DNA from: Lophium mytilinum
Lineage: Eukaryota
Reading direction: 5' to 3'
Assembly: GCA_010093605.1 (NCBI GenBank)
Contig: MU004191.1
Span: 103,397 to 167,396, forward strand
DNA length: 64,000 nucleotides
Below, one piece after another: positions 1-11,900 of the stretch. Made by a program: the position numbers and the translations under genes. The stretch's first letter is position 1. Each line of letters opens with the position of its first letter. The notes below the pieces were generated by a model. The model made no database searches, was not told the origin of the DNA, and worked only from the letters and a program-made list of their open reading frames with translations.

Positions 1-1959
1 GAGTCGACCGTCCGTGAATGACGTGAAGCTGGGCTCTGTGGTTTGGTTGTGTGGTAGTTCCTCTCGAACGCATGAACAATCATCTCCGGCTAGTAATATT
101 GACCGACGTCAGTTTTGTGCTCCCCTGGTCGCGAAACGTTGGAAAATGGGTAAACCACCCTGCGCGAATCATAGGCAGGTACAAATGGCTGTGCGATGGT
201 GGCAACTATAGCAGACCGGGGTCGCCTTGTGGTAAGGATGCACGTGGATGGTCAACGGTCCAACGGTCGTGCCCCTACACCGACGCAGGTGCTTGTCGCC
301 TTAAGGCATGTTCCTTGGAGTCTGTGGTGGCAATGCTACATCAGTTGAAGCTATTCTCAATCTCTAGTCGAGATCGGCAGGTCCTGTGGAGCATTGGAAC
401 CGCGACCGTTGAAGCTTGGGGTGCTGATCTGATGTGGCACCAGGAAAGAGCAAGTATTGTCGAGCCGATGAAATTTGATAGGACAGATGCGACGAGTAAG
501 AAAAGCAAAAGATGGAAAATGACAAACTTGGCCGTCAATTATCAGGGACTGTAGACCTGGAAATGTGGTATAGGCAGGGAAGATGTATAAGATTGACGGG
601 GCTTGAGCCTCGTTCTGGGGGCTCTCCGCGCCACAGATGGCATTCTTCTCGAGCCGAGCGGACTAAGAAGGTTCACCCTCTGGCACGCAGTGCCTCTAGT
701 GTGCTTGCCGTCGCCTTTGCCGTGTCAAAGAGATGTGGAATGCAGATGGAGATGGAGTTGAGTCAAGGTACAGATCGGCATCAGCCGCGCAGGGGCCACA
801 TGAGCGGCCGCTCTACGGTGCGGAGCGGGAGAATCGCCTCCGATCGACGTCATTCACTCCTTTTCTCGTCCACTTCTTCATCTATTCATCCTTGTGCTAC
901 ATTCACAGCCACCACGGATGCAGCGTCACTGTCGCCATCGCAGGTCGTACAATGTCACAGCCGCTGTTGATCGACCATGCATCCGCCTCTGTACTGGCTA
1001 TTATTGTAGGACGACTTGCCTACTCTAATCGCTCCAGGGGTCTCAAGTCTATACCGTTTGTCGCTTCGTATGATCAACGTTTAGTAATAGGGCTCATACC
1101 TCATCGTCCCTGTTTTACGATCAAACCACTAAAGATATGGTGCATCTGTAGTACATCAATTCAGCGGTGTTGTGCTCCAGCCAGTCCTCAAGCCACTCTT
1201 AACAACCTGTCCATTCAGATTAAAATGAAGGTGAATTTATCTTAGACCCTGGAAACCATTTCAACCCTCCTATGCCCGACCGCTTCTACCGGAAACGCTT
1301 CCATCAAGAGCTACCCCGCAAATGTTGCACACTTTACCATGATACACTACGAATAATGTGACTCGGCGGTGGACATTGAAATTGCAAGGTCGTAACTATG
1401 TACATGTACGTAAGTCCCCCTCTTCCGTGTCTATCAATTTGCGGTTCCGCGGTGGATCGTATCCCGCCTGATTCTCTGCGTCCTTGAACGACGCGTTACC
1501 TTCACATGTTAGGTAGTTAGAAATCGTTCTATTCTGTCAATCTTTTCGGCCACTCCGCACCCATTCCTGCAGTTTGCTTCTTCTTGTTGGAGTGAACTCT
1601 TGATTGTATTCATCTGGAGGGGTAAGGCCCATAATTACTGCAGGAAGGTCTGCACGTGACGGACAGATGCGGAAGTCACGTGTACAAGAGCGTCAGATTG
1701 ACCTCTTCTAACTCTTTTTCCGGCTACTGCATCCCCCTTTCCTTCAACTACATGTACCACCAAGGGCTTGGACGGCTGAAGCGATCCTGAATTAGACATC
1801 ACAAAAGGTCGGTTCTTTCATCGATTTCGTGGTTCCATTCGCACATATCATGATAAGAGGGCATAATCTACCTGCCAAATGCTAAACTCAATTTTAGTTC
1901 TAATTGCGAGTATAAAACGCCTTCTAAATACGTCGGTTATATTCCGGACGCCCTGACTA

Positions 1960-2204
1960 CCGTATTGACTGAGCGTATACAAACGCCAGGCTTGGCAGCG
2001 CTAGTAGATCCCCTAAACCCATGGGCGTATAGTTGCGCACGCTATCTTAACCATACTCGTTGAGCGTATCAGCTCACCGCAATCGCACCGACAAGTGGGT
2101 CCATCGGCATCCATCGGCGCCTGACAAGTCAGCTCCGGGCCCTTTTATCCTCGATAGGTTTAGGCGCGCCAAGCCTGGCGTTTGTATACGCTCAGTCAAT
2201 ACGG
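1960..2204. mobile_element. MITE (non-autonomous Tc1/mariner-pogo-like), 245 bp
   Basis: Perfect 37-bp terminal inverted repeats CCGTATTGACTGAGCGTATACAAACGCCAGGCTTGGC (1960-1996 and 2168-2204). Flanked by TA on both sides (1958-1959, 2205-2206). No coding capacity. Confidence 0.85.
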
Positions 2205-2229
2205 TAACCGGCGATTATCTGTCGCATAT

Positions 2230-4322
2230 CTAATTCCGCGCCCTGGGTGTGAAAACAAGATTCAGAGGCGCCAACGTCGTCGTGAACGTGTCTAAGACGT
2301 CCTTGTCAAATTTCTCTCCCGTCTCCCCTGGAGCGAATCCAACGTCGTACAGCAGCGCAATGTGCGAAATCGTAATCCTCAGGCTCAACAGCGCAAGATT
2401 TTTGCCGGGACAGCTGTATGCACCTGCAGAACTGTTAGTGCTGCGAGACTTGAGATAAAGATGGTAAACTAACCTAAAGAAAATGGCAAGAAGGGGGCCT
2501 CATCTGTCCCCATTTCCTCTCTCCTCTCTCCAAAGCGCTCGGGAATGAACTCTTTGGCTTGCTTGTAGTAGCGCGGGTGCGTTTGGATCAGTTGCATAGG
2601 CACAAATACGTTGGTGTCGCCGGGGATGTACACTTCGTCGATCTTGATGCCTTTCGCCGGCGTCACGCGATAACCACCGGTTAGAAGAGCTGGCTTCAGT
2701 CGGAGACTCTCGTTGATGATGTCGTCGATGTAGGTGATGGACTTGGCTTTGTCGTAGGACCAGGCGGCGATGCCGCCGGGCATGGCTTGGTCGACAAGCT
2801 TTTGGAGTTTCTTGAATGTAGCGGGGTATTTCGAGAAGTACCACAGAATAGTTGCGAGTGAAGTCGCAGTCGTTTCGCTAACGTCATGTTAGGTCCAGAA
2901 CTTGATTTTTGCATTGAGGAGGTAAAAACTTACCTGCCAGCGATAATGACTACACGGGAGTCGTCATGCAGTGCCTCTTCTGATGGTGAAGATGAAATGT
3001 CTTTCTCATTGAAAGCCTTCAAGAGCCACGACACAATATCTTGGGGGTACTTCTCAGGGTCCCACGACTAGTGCATTCAGTCAGAGGTCAAACTTACACT
3101 ACACCACTTATTATTGACTCACCTGCTGCTTATCCTTGATCTGGCTACCACACCAATTGAAGAAGCCAGAGTACCCTGCCGCCGCGCCAGGGATGGAACC
3201 GAGCAGATTCAACAGCCACGGAACATTGCTAAGCACACCCAACATGGTCATGTGTTCATGAACGGCGGCGATCGCGGGGTGCTCAACGCCACTCGTCAAG
3301 TTATTGAAGTCTTTGCCGAACCCGACCTCGCCCATGACGTCGAAGCTGAAGAACATGGACCATGCCGACATATCCATAGGCTTCCCGGCGCGAGCTGAGA
3401 GCGCGGACATGAACAGGTCCGCCTTTGCCTTGATTCTGGGCTCGTACGTGGACAGAGCTGGAAGTCTGTTAGTCAGGCTTTCTGGGTTCCATTACAAGCG
3501 CTACTCGCAAACTCACCCTTGATACTAAAGCCCTGTATCCATTAGCGATGCTGTCTGTTGGTTGCATATATGCACAAGATTGTAACATACCTTATCCCAA
3601 GCTCGACGCCGGAGCTTGTGGGCCTTGAAGTCTCTGGTCATGTGGATCGAGCATTTCTTAGGATCGTTGCCCGTCTGGCCGTACCAAGTCGACTTGCGAC
3701 ATTCCGAATTGGGACCGTAGATGATTGGCACCGCGGACTTGCGTGCAATGAGGAGTTCTCGAGGTCCTAGTGAGCGCAAGCGTTAATCAATGTCTTTCCG
3801 AGCACATCTCGCAATATTATCCGGCGCCCATTCCGGTCTCGGAACACATTTCGGAATGGTATATGAAGATCACTCACCAGTCCTCACGAAGTCCCCGTAC
3901 TTGTCGTGCATCTTCTCCACCTCTTTGAAGTACTGCACGTTCTTGGCAGCCAAGCTGGCGTTGTAGAATCGTGACAGCTTCGCCCAAAAGGGACCAGGAA
4001 ATTTGCGAAGCCGGTGGAAGAAGAGGCGGTAGATGCCAATGGATATAAGGAGTCCTGTGTTGAAAGAAACAGCGGCTAAAGATGCTTTTACGATTGCTCC
4101 AATGGGACTAAGCTCGCCAAGAGAGAGGTATGCGCAAGCGATGCCTAGGAAGGCCGCTATCGACAGGGCCATGAAGTGATACATGAGGGCGTCGAACTCG
4201 ATTTTTCGAATAGACTGGTGAAAGACGGCGCCTAAAACAGCTGCAGCGAGCGCCGTAGGAAAAACATCGGCGTTGATCGCAGCCCGGAGGCCCTCTAGCG
4301 ACAGTGTAGATGATGCCGCCAT
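2230..4322 (-). CDS. Cytochrome P450 monooxygenase (multi-exon)
   Basis: ORF pieces 3870-4334, 3525-3779, 3111-3410 and 2469-2783 join via GT-AG introns. Motifs: hydrophobic N-terminus, FPGP, I-helix AGSETT, ESLR (ExxR), PERF, heme motif FSLG/AYSCPG across the last intron. Stop TAG at 2230-2232. Confidence 0.93.
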
Positions 4323-6429
4323 GGCGAAAACCAAGTGTCAAGCCAGCTGAAGTAGCAAGAGAAGGAAAGAATGAGGAGGTGAGAAACGCACCGTCGAGCT
4401 CCAGTTGCTCGAGGGCTCTCAGTATTTGAGGTGTGCGAAAAAACGCTCAGAGCTCCCCTGCCCTGCATTAGAACAACGATAGCCATCATCGGTTAACGGG
4501 ATGCCCCTCCCGTCTGAGTCGTATCTGGCTGGGAGTCGATAACGTGGCCCTGCTGCTGCAGGTGCACCTGAATGAGGCTCATGTAGTCATGGTCTCGGAA
4601 CAGGGTTTACGCGTTCGCCTGGTCAAGAACCTTTCCTGGCTTTGACGTGGCTACTGGCCGGACCTGTCACGCTAAACGTCTATAGGATAGTGCTGAGCCT
4701 CGTTCCATAACGACGGTACCTAGGTTCACCGGTAGATAGGAGCCTACCTCTGCGTCCTTCCCGTTCCTCTGACCGCTCTTATCAAGAACGTTTTCTTGCG
4801 CATAGAAAAGAACGAAGCTAGCCTATCTATAGGATGATTAGGGAAAGAAAGCATCACAGATGCAAGAAGGGAAGAGGAAGAGGAAGGATATGAGGTGATC
4901 GCTGAGGCGTTCAGAGTTCTCAAAATACCAGGTATCACACCAACGGACTTCTACCGATCCAAGTCCAATTAGGTCTATCAGGTCCAGTTCTAATCACCCA
5001 GGCCCAGGTTCAGGCCCGGGAAAGCTGTAGGCTTGAGTTCTACGCCGCAATCAAAACTGCAGATGGCCAAGATCAGCAAGAGCGGGCCTGGGCGTTGCAT
5101 AAGCGGTTTCGCGCGGCGGCCCGTTGCTGGCGCCCCCCCCGTCATGCAGAAACGGCAGTCCAACGCACAGAACGTGGCCGTGGGGCGGTTGCGTTCGGAA
5201 AAGCCCACGACAGTGCGTCAGCCGTCCCAGGGGCCACACCGGACGCAGACTGTGGAGGCTGCTGCGTGCCGAGGGTTCTGAAGAACAACGAGGGGCCGTC
5301 CGGTCGTAGGTGGTAATACCCGATATGCACGGAGCAGCTTGGTGCTTCAAATGCTACAAAACCGACCCAGCTACTCCAGAGTCCCATAGGAAATACTAAA
5401 TATCATGTGAGTGAATAGTAACTTCGGATTCTCCTCAAGTCAGCGCAAAAAGGTGCAGTTTCAGAGGTCTATGGACCCTTGTTCTCTAGCTGAGAGAGCG
5501 GTTCGTAGGGATCGCTAGCGGTCTATCATGGTTATCTTGTGCATAGCACGTGAAATGCCATACCTCATACCCAGTTTCTTTTCAGCAAAGACCGTCGAGT
5601 CTGTGTTAGAGGGGTTCTGCGATGGTCTACAGCCCCATCTCGCGCACTTCTCGCACACCGTGTTTAATGTGCGGATAGCAACAAGGGTGCTGCATGTTGC
5701 TGGAAATCAGCTCGGTACGGTAATAAGAGAAGGTGGAGAGGCCTGACTAAGGGGTGGATGTGTTACACAGCATTTACAAGGTCGCTAACCACAGAATGTG
5801 AGAAGGGGTCGGAATCGGCGGCCTAATTAGGTAACGTGTCTACGCGAGGCAGGGAATAGCAGACGGCGTCAACCTTATGCAGTGATGCCCTGCTGCCGCC
5901 ACCCAATGGCTTCCCCGGATCCACACTGGCGACATTGGATCTGCGCGATGTGTCTGGGGGATCGCAACGGGGATGCGCCGTCGCACTGCCGGACCCCATC
6001 ACTGGGCTCGCTTGCCAAAGCTAAGGCACGCCGAAAAGTATATTTTACTGGATCTGCACTTCTCCTGCTTACGGCTGAATCGCAGCCCTGTTGAAATCTG
6101 CCGAAGGTTTGACTTCTTGCGTTTGACAGTCTAGCCGACTCATGGAAGCCTTCTCAAAGGGAACCCCGCCGCTGGAAACGGCAAATTGTCAGAATCTCCC
6201 TAACGCACATGGCCTCAGGGACCGCACTGTGCCCAAGGATCGATTATGCACAGAGTCATGTATCTGGAACTATGAGGCTTCCACACTTGCGCTACGAAGA
6301 TCGCCTTTGGCCACGAGGGAACTTATACTTCGGCATCTCTGACCTACGCGGCGGCGCTCAGTCTTTCGTTAAGTACTTTCTTCCACCAGCCTTCTGTCGT
6401 TTGCCAGGTCTGCCGCTGCATTTTTCACA

Positions 6430-7852
6430 ATGGCTTTCGAAAACCTGCAGCCCCTGGCGTATGGCATTTCTATAACGCTTTTCATACTGGGGACCGCGTC
6501 CATATTCCTGCGCCTCTATACGCGAGGCTTCATCCTGAAAACGTTTGGCTGGGATGATGTAATGGCTGTATTTTTGCTGGTATGCACAAGCTAGAGATGA
6601 TCGCACACTTTCCCTGGCTGACATCTTGGTTGCAGCTGGTCAACACCGGCCAGCAAGTAATTCTCTTCATGTTCCTTCATCACGGCTGCGGCATGTAAGT
6701 CTAAAATCACCGCTCAGGTAGCTGGTGGCGTACTGACCTGGAAAGACACAAGCAGTTCCTCAATGCGGCGCAACTCCAGCAGATTACCAAGGTAATAGCC
6801 GTCTGCGTCCCGACCGTTTTCCACGACCTAACCGGGAACAGTGGCTCTTCGTAGAAGAAGTCTATTACTATTTCACGCACTGGGTCATCAAACAAGCCTT
6901 CCTACTCTTCTACCTTCGCCTGTCGCAGCGACCGAATTTCCAGCGAATGGTTTGGGTGACTATGGCCCTTAACACTGCCTTCTTGGTCATCAATTGGTAA
7001 AAGAGACTGCAGAACTACCTCCTACAAGCATGATTACTGACGTGTACAGGCTTCTCGCGTTCTTGCAATGCACCCCATTCGACGCAATCTTCCACCCGGA
7101 GAACCACCCAGAGGCCCATTGCATGAACTCGCTCGTTCTCCTCATTATCCCATCCATCCTGGTACGATTCCCGCCTCCATCCCGCTCTATGTCTCAATGG
7201 GTCCCTCCCGCTTCTCAAAGCCATCAAAAGGGAACCCCTACTAACTCGGTCCGCGCAGAACATCATAACCGATGTGATCATCCTCGTCCTCCCCATACCC
7301 ACCGTCTGGTCGCTGCAGATGTCGACACGGCGCAAGATCGGTGTCCTGGCCGTCATCGGCTTCGGCGGCGCCGCTGTCCTCATCTCCGGCTGCCGCATCA
7401 TCATCCTCTATCAGCTCCACGTCTCCCCCGACACCCCCTACATCCTCGGCAAAATGGTCATCATCGCGGCGCTGGAGGTCGAGTTTGCCATCATGGCCGT
7501 TAACCTGCCAAGCGTCAAGGCGTTATGGAACAAGATGGTTGGTGGAGGGAGCTCGGCAGGGAGCGGCGCTGTGGGCTACTCCAGTGGGAACCGGAGCAAG
7601 GGCTACAAGCTATCGAGCTTTGAGCCCGGGAGCAGGACCGGGGGAGGGTCGAAGCTGGGCAAGTCGAGGGGGAGCTTCACCATTAGCAAACTGGATCGGG
7701 GCAGCGAGAGCGAGGAGGAGCTGTTCCGGCAGGCGGGTATGGGGGGGCAGATCAAGGTGACGACGAATGTGGCGATCACGAGTGATGATAAGGTGGCGGT
7801 CGGGGAGCTGGAGAGGCAGGATGGGCTGGATGCTGTAGCGCGGAGAGCTTGA
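6430..7852 (+). CDS. Fungal rhodopsin-domain (PTH11/SAT4-like) integral membrane protein
   Basis: Exon 1 reads MAFENLQPLAYG...FLRLYTRGFILKTFGWDD. Later exons give IKQAFLLFYLRL, DVIILVLPIPTVWSLQMSTRRKIGV and EVEFAIMAVNLPS, which are typical of this family. Several GT-AG introns. Confidence 0.85.
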
Positions 7853-8378
7853 GAGGCTATAGGAACATGAAGTGGTTTTGGGCGGGCAAAAGCATGGTTA
7901 TTGCTATGAGTATCTGGGACTTCTAACGTGCGACGTATCGTCGCACTTTCACGCCTTCGTTATATGAATACTTTATAGATTTGATCAACTCTCATGAGTA
8001 CTATAATGTGTAACTACTATTCTTTCATGCACAAGTCTTAACGCGGGGTCGGAAGGGGCAGTACTCCCTTGAAGGGGCGCTCAAGGATACTCCTTCACTA
8101 GTGTCTATCGTGCCGGCGCTTGCGACCTGCTCGGGTTCGTCTTCGGCGTTCCTGGATCTTGCGGTGGTGGGACCGCCGATCAGTGATCTTTTATCTCTTC
8201 TTCAACTACGCCGCGCAGTTCCCTAGCTTCCCTCCCCTGATCACTCCGGGTTATCGGTACTTGCTAGAGACCGACCGTCCGCCATACTCTAACGACTCAC
8301 GTCGGGCATCAACATCATTCTCTCTTCGCGGCATGGGTATCTTGTGATTCTGCCGCCAAATGCCAAGAGATAGAAATT

Positions 8379-8443
8379 GTTGCGAGTGGCTTTCTCCCGT
8401 GCGTACGGTAGGTTGCGAGTGGCTCTCCCCCGTGCATATGGCG
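8379..8443. repeat. 33-bp tandem duplication just outside the transposon's left end
   Basis: GTTGCGAGTGGCTTTCTCCCGTGCGTACGG at 8379 and GTTGCGAGTGGCTCTCCCCCGTGCATATGG at 8412. Confidence 0.7.
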
Positions 8444-9399
8444 TTCAGTATAGCGGTTTTTCTCCCTCACCCACACGGCTGCCTACACGCCGCCCACACC
8501 CCGCACGGGCTAGCTCGCCCGTGAGAGGAAAGGTTGGTGTTGAGGCCCCTGTACGCCACTAAATTAACACGTTAGCACGGAAATGAAGGGGCTTATACAA
8601 CTCCTTTATAAATTAGTGGGTAGTGGGCGGCTTATCTATAACGTAGGCAGCTTACCTATATAAAGAGAAGGCCGTATAAGGTTTAGTAGAATAATGTAGT
8701 AGCTTAGCATATAGGTAGAATTAATATTATATGCATTATATATTAACGCGTTATGTATACTATTTAAATTTACACCTATATTTTTATTAGTATAAGTTCT
8801 TATAGTAATTTAAATAATCTAAAACAGCCGCTATATACAGGGCGTAACCCGTATATACCTATAGCTACCTAATTACCTCCTCTTTACCTTACGCAGCCGG
8901 TATATAATCCTTCTACGCCTTTTAGCTAGCAGCCTTAGGCCCGTAGGCTGCCTTAACCTTAGGCCCGTGGCCTACCTTAACCTTAGCTATAAGGCCCCTC
9001 TTCTATCTATAATAGTATAGGCTATAAGTATAGTAATATATATAATATTATACTATAGAATTTAAGTCCTCTATAGAGATAGTAGTAGTACGCGCTATAA
9101 CTATACTATAATAATAGTTAGCTAAAAGTATATATAATCTCTTTATTACCTATTACTTTAACGCTTATAAGCTTACTAGCCCTAACGCTGCCGCTATATT
9201 ATAAGATGTATTAAACTTATCTAGTTTCTCTCTAGTATATTCTATAGTTAACTACTATATTAACGCCCTTACGGCCGCCTATTATAATAGCTTTATTACC
9301 GCTAGTTCTAGTTATAGAACTGTGCGCGCTATAGGCTATAGAACTAGGCGCGCCTTAGGCTGCGGAACTAGGCGCGCCTTAGGCTGCAAAAGTAGCTGC

Positions 9400-10490
9400 G
9401 CTAAAGGGTAAAGGAAAGGCTACACTATAGAGAAAGAGAAAAGAGAATAGAAAGGCTATAGAGAATAATAGTAAGGCTAAGAAAACTAAAGAGAATAAGC
9501 CTATAATAATAGATAATAATAAGAAGAATAAGAAGGAGGACCTACCTTCTTCTACCCCTGCTAAAATAGCAGCGCTAAAGAAATAAGCTACTGCTAGAAA
9601 GGCCGCTAAGGTACCTATAGATAAGGACGTTGCACTAGTTACTAGCTATATTTAGGAGTTTTATATAACTACACGCGGAAAGTAGAAGACGCGTAGTAAA
9701 GCTATAGAGTAGAAAGATAGCCTTAAGCTAAAGGTAGCTACTTTCTTTATTGCCCGCAAGGAGCTATATATAAAGGCTAAGAGTAATAAGGCTTTCTATA
9801 GAGATATAATAGTAGAATATAAAAAGAAAATAGGGTTTAAACCTATAAACCTCTACTATATAATTTTTAGCTAGAAAAATAGTATAGGTTTAGATGGTAA
9901 GTAGATCTACTTAAAGGGCTAAATTAGGCACTAAGAGGCCTATCTTATAGGCTAGAATAAAGGTATAGGGCGTAAGAATCCTAATTAATTTAACGCGCGC
10001 GTAGATAATATTATTGTAATAGTAAACTAGAAAGCTTTAGATAAAAAGAAATTAATAGAAGAGCTAGATAAAGAGAAGAGAGAGAAGAATAAGGTAGCTA
10101 TTAGCTGCCTCTAGCGCGTGGTAAAGAGGAAGAGAGAAGAGAAAAAAAATAGAGAGAGATGTATAGTGCTGTATACTAGTATAAACCTAGATACTTCTTA
10201 CTATTAAGCTATAGTAGATGCTTAGTATTCTATAAAGGCTATAAACTAGCTATTTAACCGCTATTTTAATACTATAGCGTCTTAAGAGGCTATTTAATAT
10301 AAAGAGAGAAAGAAGGAACTAGAAATAAGGCGCCGTAAGCTTAAACTTTATAAGAGAATAGTTTCTAGGCCGGCTAATATTGCTAGGCTTTACTAGGAGA
10401 TATAGAAGGACTATGCTAAGTAGTAGAAGGTAAATAACAACCTACAGGCGATAATAAGGCAGCTATTAGAGCGCGGAGGTAGGTAGAACG
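9400..10490 (+). pseudogene. RIP-mutated second ORF of the Harbinger element (K/E-rich, putative DNA-binding/coiled-coil); ends approximate
   Basis: A stop-riddled but frame-coherent K/E-rich translation (e.g. LKLKVATFFIARKELY, FNARVDNIIVIV, KKKLIEELDKEKREK), convergent with the transposase. A second ORF is expected in Harbingers. Confidence 0.5.
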
Positions 10491-10844
10491 GGTAGTAGGT
10501 TAGTATAGAAGGTTAGGTTTAAGTATATTAAAAGAGCTTTAATAAAAGAATCTAACTAATTAGTAGCTACTAAGCTAGGTAGGTGCAAGAATAAGGTTTA
10601 GGTAATAGTAGGTAGTAGTAGGTTTAGCAAGAATCTATGCGTTCTAATTAGTAGAGTTTAAATTAAGTAAATTACTAAGAGGCTATTAGTATATACTAGC
10701 GTAATTTTAATACTTCTATTCTATTCTATAGCCTAGAAACTACCTACTTTCTATATACTACCTATTTTTCTATATATAACCTATTTCCTATATACTACCT
10801 ATTTTCTATAGCCTTATTCTTAGGCCTATTTTCTACTACTTCTA

Positions 10845-11900
10845 CACCTAGATACTCTATTATAGACAGCAGCTCACACTTAAATTACTTTACAATTAGA
10901 TCTATTATACCCTAGAGGCACGTTAAAATATTATAGAAGAGTACTAACACTATAAAATACGCGGCAAGAGGCTAGCTACTATACTAGAGGCTCTATTTAA
11001 GGTAATTATAGGTAAATAGCTATTTAATCTTTCTAAAGGTATTCTCTACTATAATTCTAGCGCTACTAAGCTTATAATTTAACTATAGTTACTTATATAT
11101 TAACTATTTAAACCCTCTCTAGTTACTCTATAGAGGAATATAACTATAGCTCTCTCTATATATATTATTACTATATAAATACAATATAGGCTTACTAATA
11201 AAGATATTCTAGAGCCTCTTAATTACTTCTAATTATAAATAGATATCCTAGTTATTACTTAGCGCTAAGAAGAGTATAGATATATAAGAAGCAAGTCTAT
11301 CTAGTATTATAATTAACTAATACTTTAGCCTATTTCCTTTATAATATCTAGAGTATATAGTAAGCTAGCACTAACTATCCTTAGGTCTATAGAATCTAAA
11401 GAAAGTACTATCTATAGAGCCCTATACTTACCCTCTACTATACCTCTACCTCTAGAGAGCTCTAGTATACCTCTTAAGTATTATATACTTATTAAGCTAA
11501 GGCCTCTAATATAGTAGGTCCTTCTACTTATTATATAGCCGCTTAATTAAGCTATTAAAAACCTCTAATATCTAGAATCTACTCCGCCCTATACGCATTA
11601 TATATAAGTAGTACCTCTCTAGGTATACTAGGCGCTTAGCTATAGTATATATTACTTTTTTAGGTATAGTAGAGTATATATTAAACCTTATCTTTTTATC
11701 TATATTAAATAATATAGGTGCTAGCTATTAAATTTTATATAGGCGGAACCTAATAAACTATTAGCCGCGGTATTAAAATAGGTAGGCTGTAATATATATA
11801 TAGTAAGGCTATATAGCCTTACTATATATATACTTACTAGGTCTCTTAATAGTAAACCTCCTTATTTATATTATTAAGATTCTACTTAAAATAAGGCGTT
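10845..11900 (-). pseudogene. RIP-mutated Harbinger-type (DDE_Tnp_4) transposase; ends approximate
   Basis: Hand translation gives V*GSIDSTFFRFYRP, IYSRYYKGNRLKY*LIIILDRL, LYLYSNNIY, LNYKLSSARIIVENTFRKIK and TCL*G...FKCELLSIIEYL. Reverting CpA/TpG-to-TpA changes yields WGxIDGT, YSGH..GLKYQ..PDG, YGDxAY and RIxVENAFG. Confidence 0.85.

Noticed and set aside
1..1245. Overlapping ORFs of 65-170 aa
   Set aside because: No recognisable motifs, and several use non-ATG starts. Probably intergenic.
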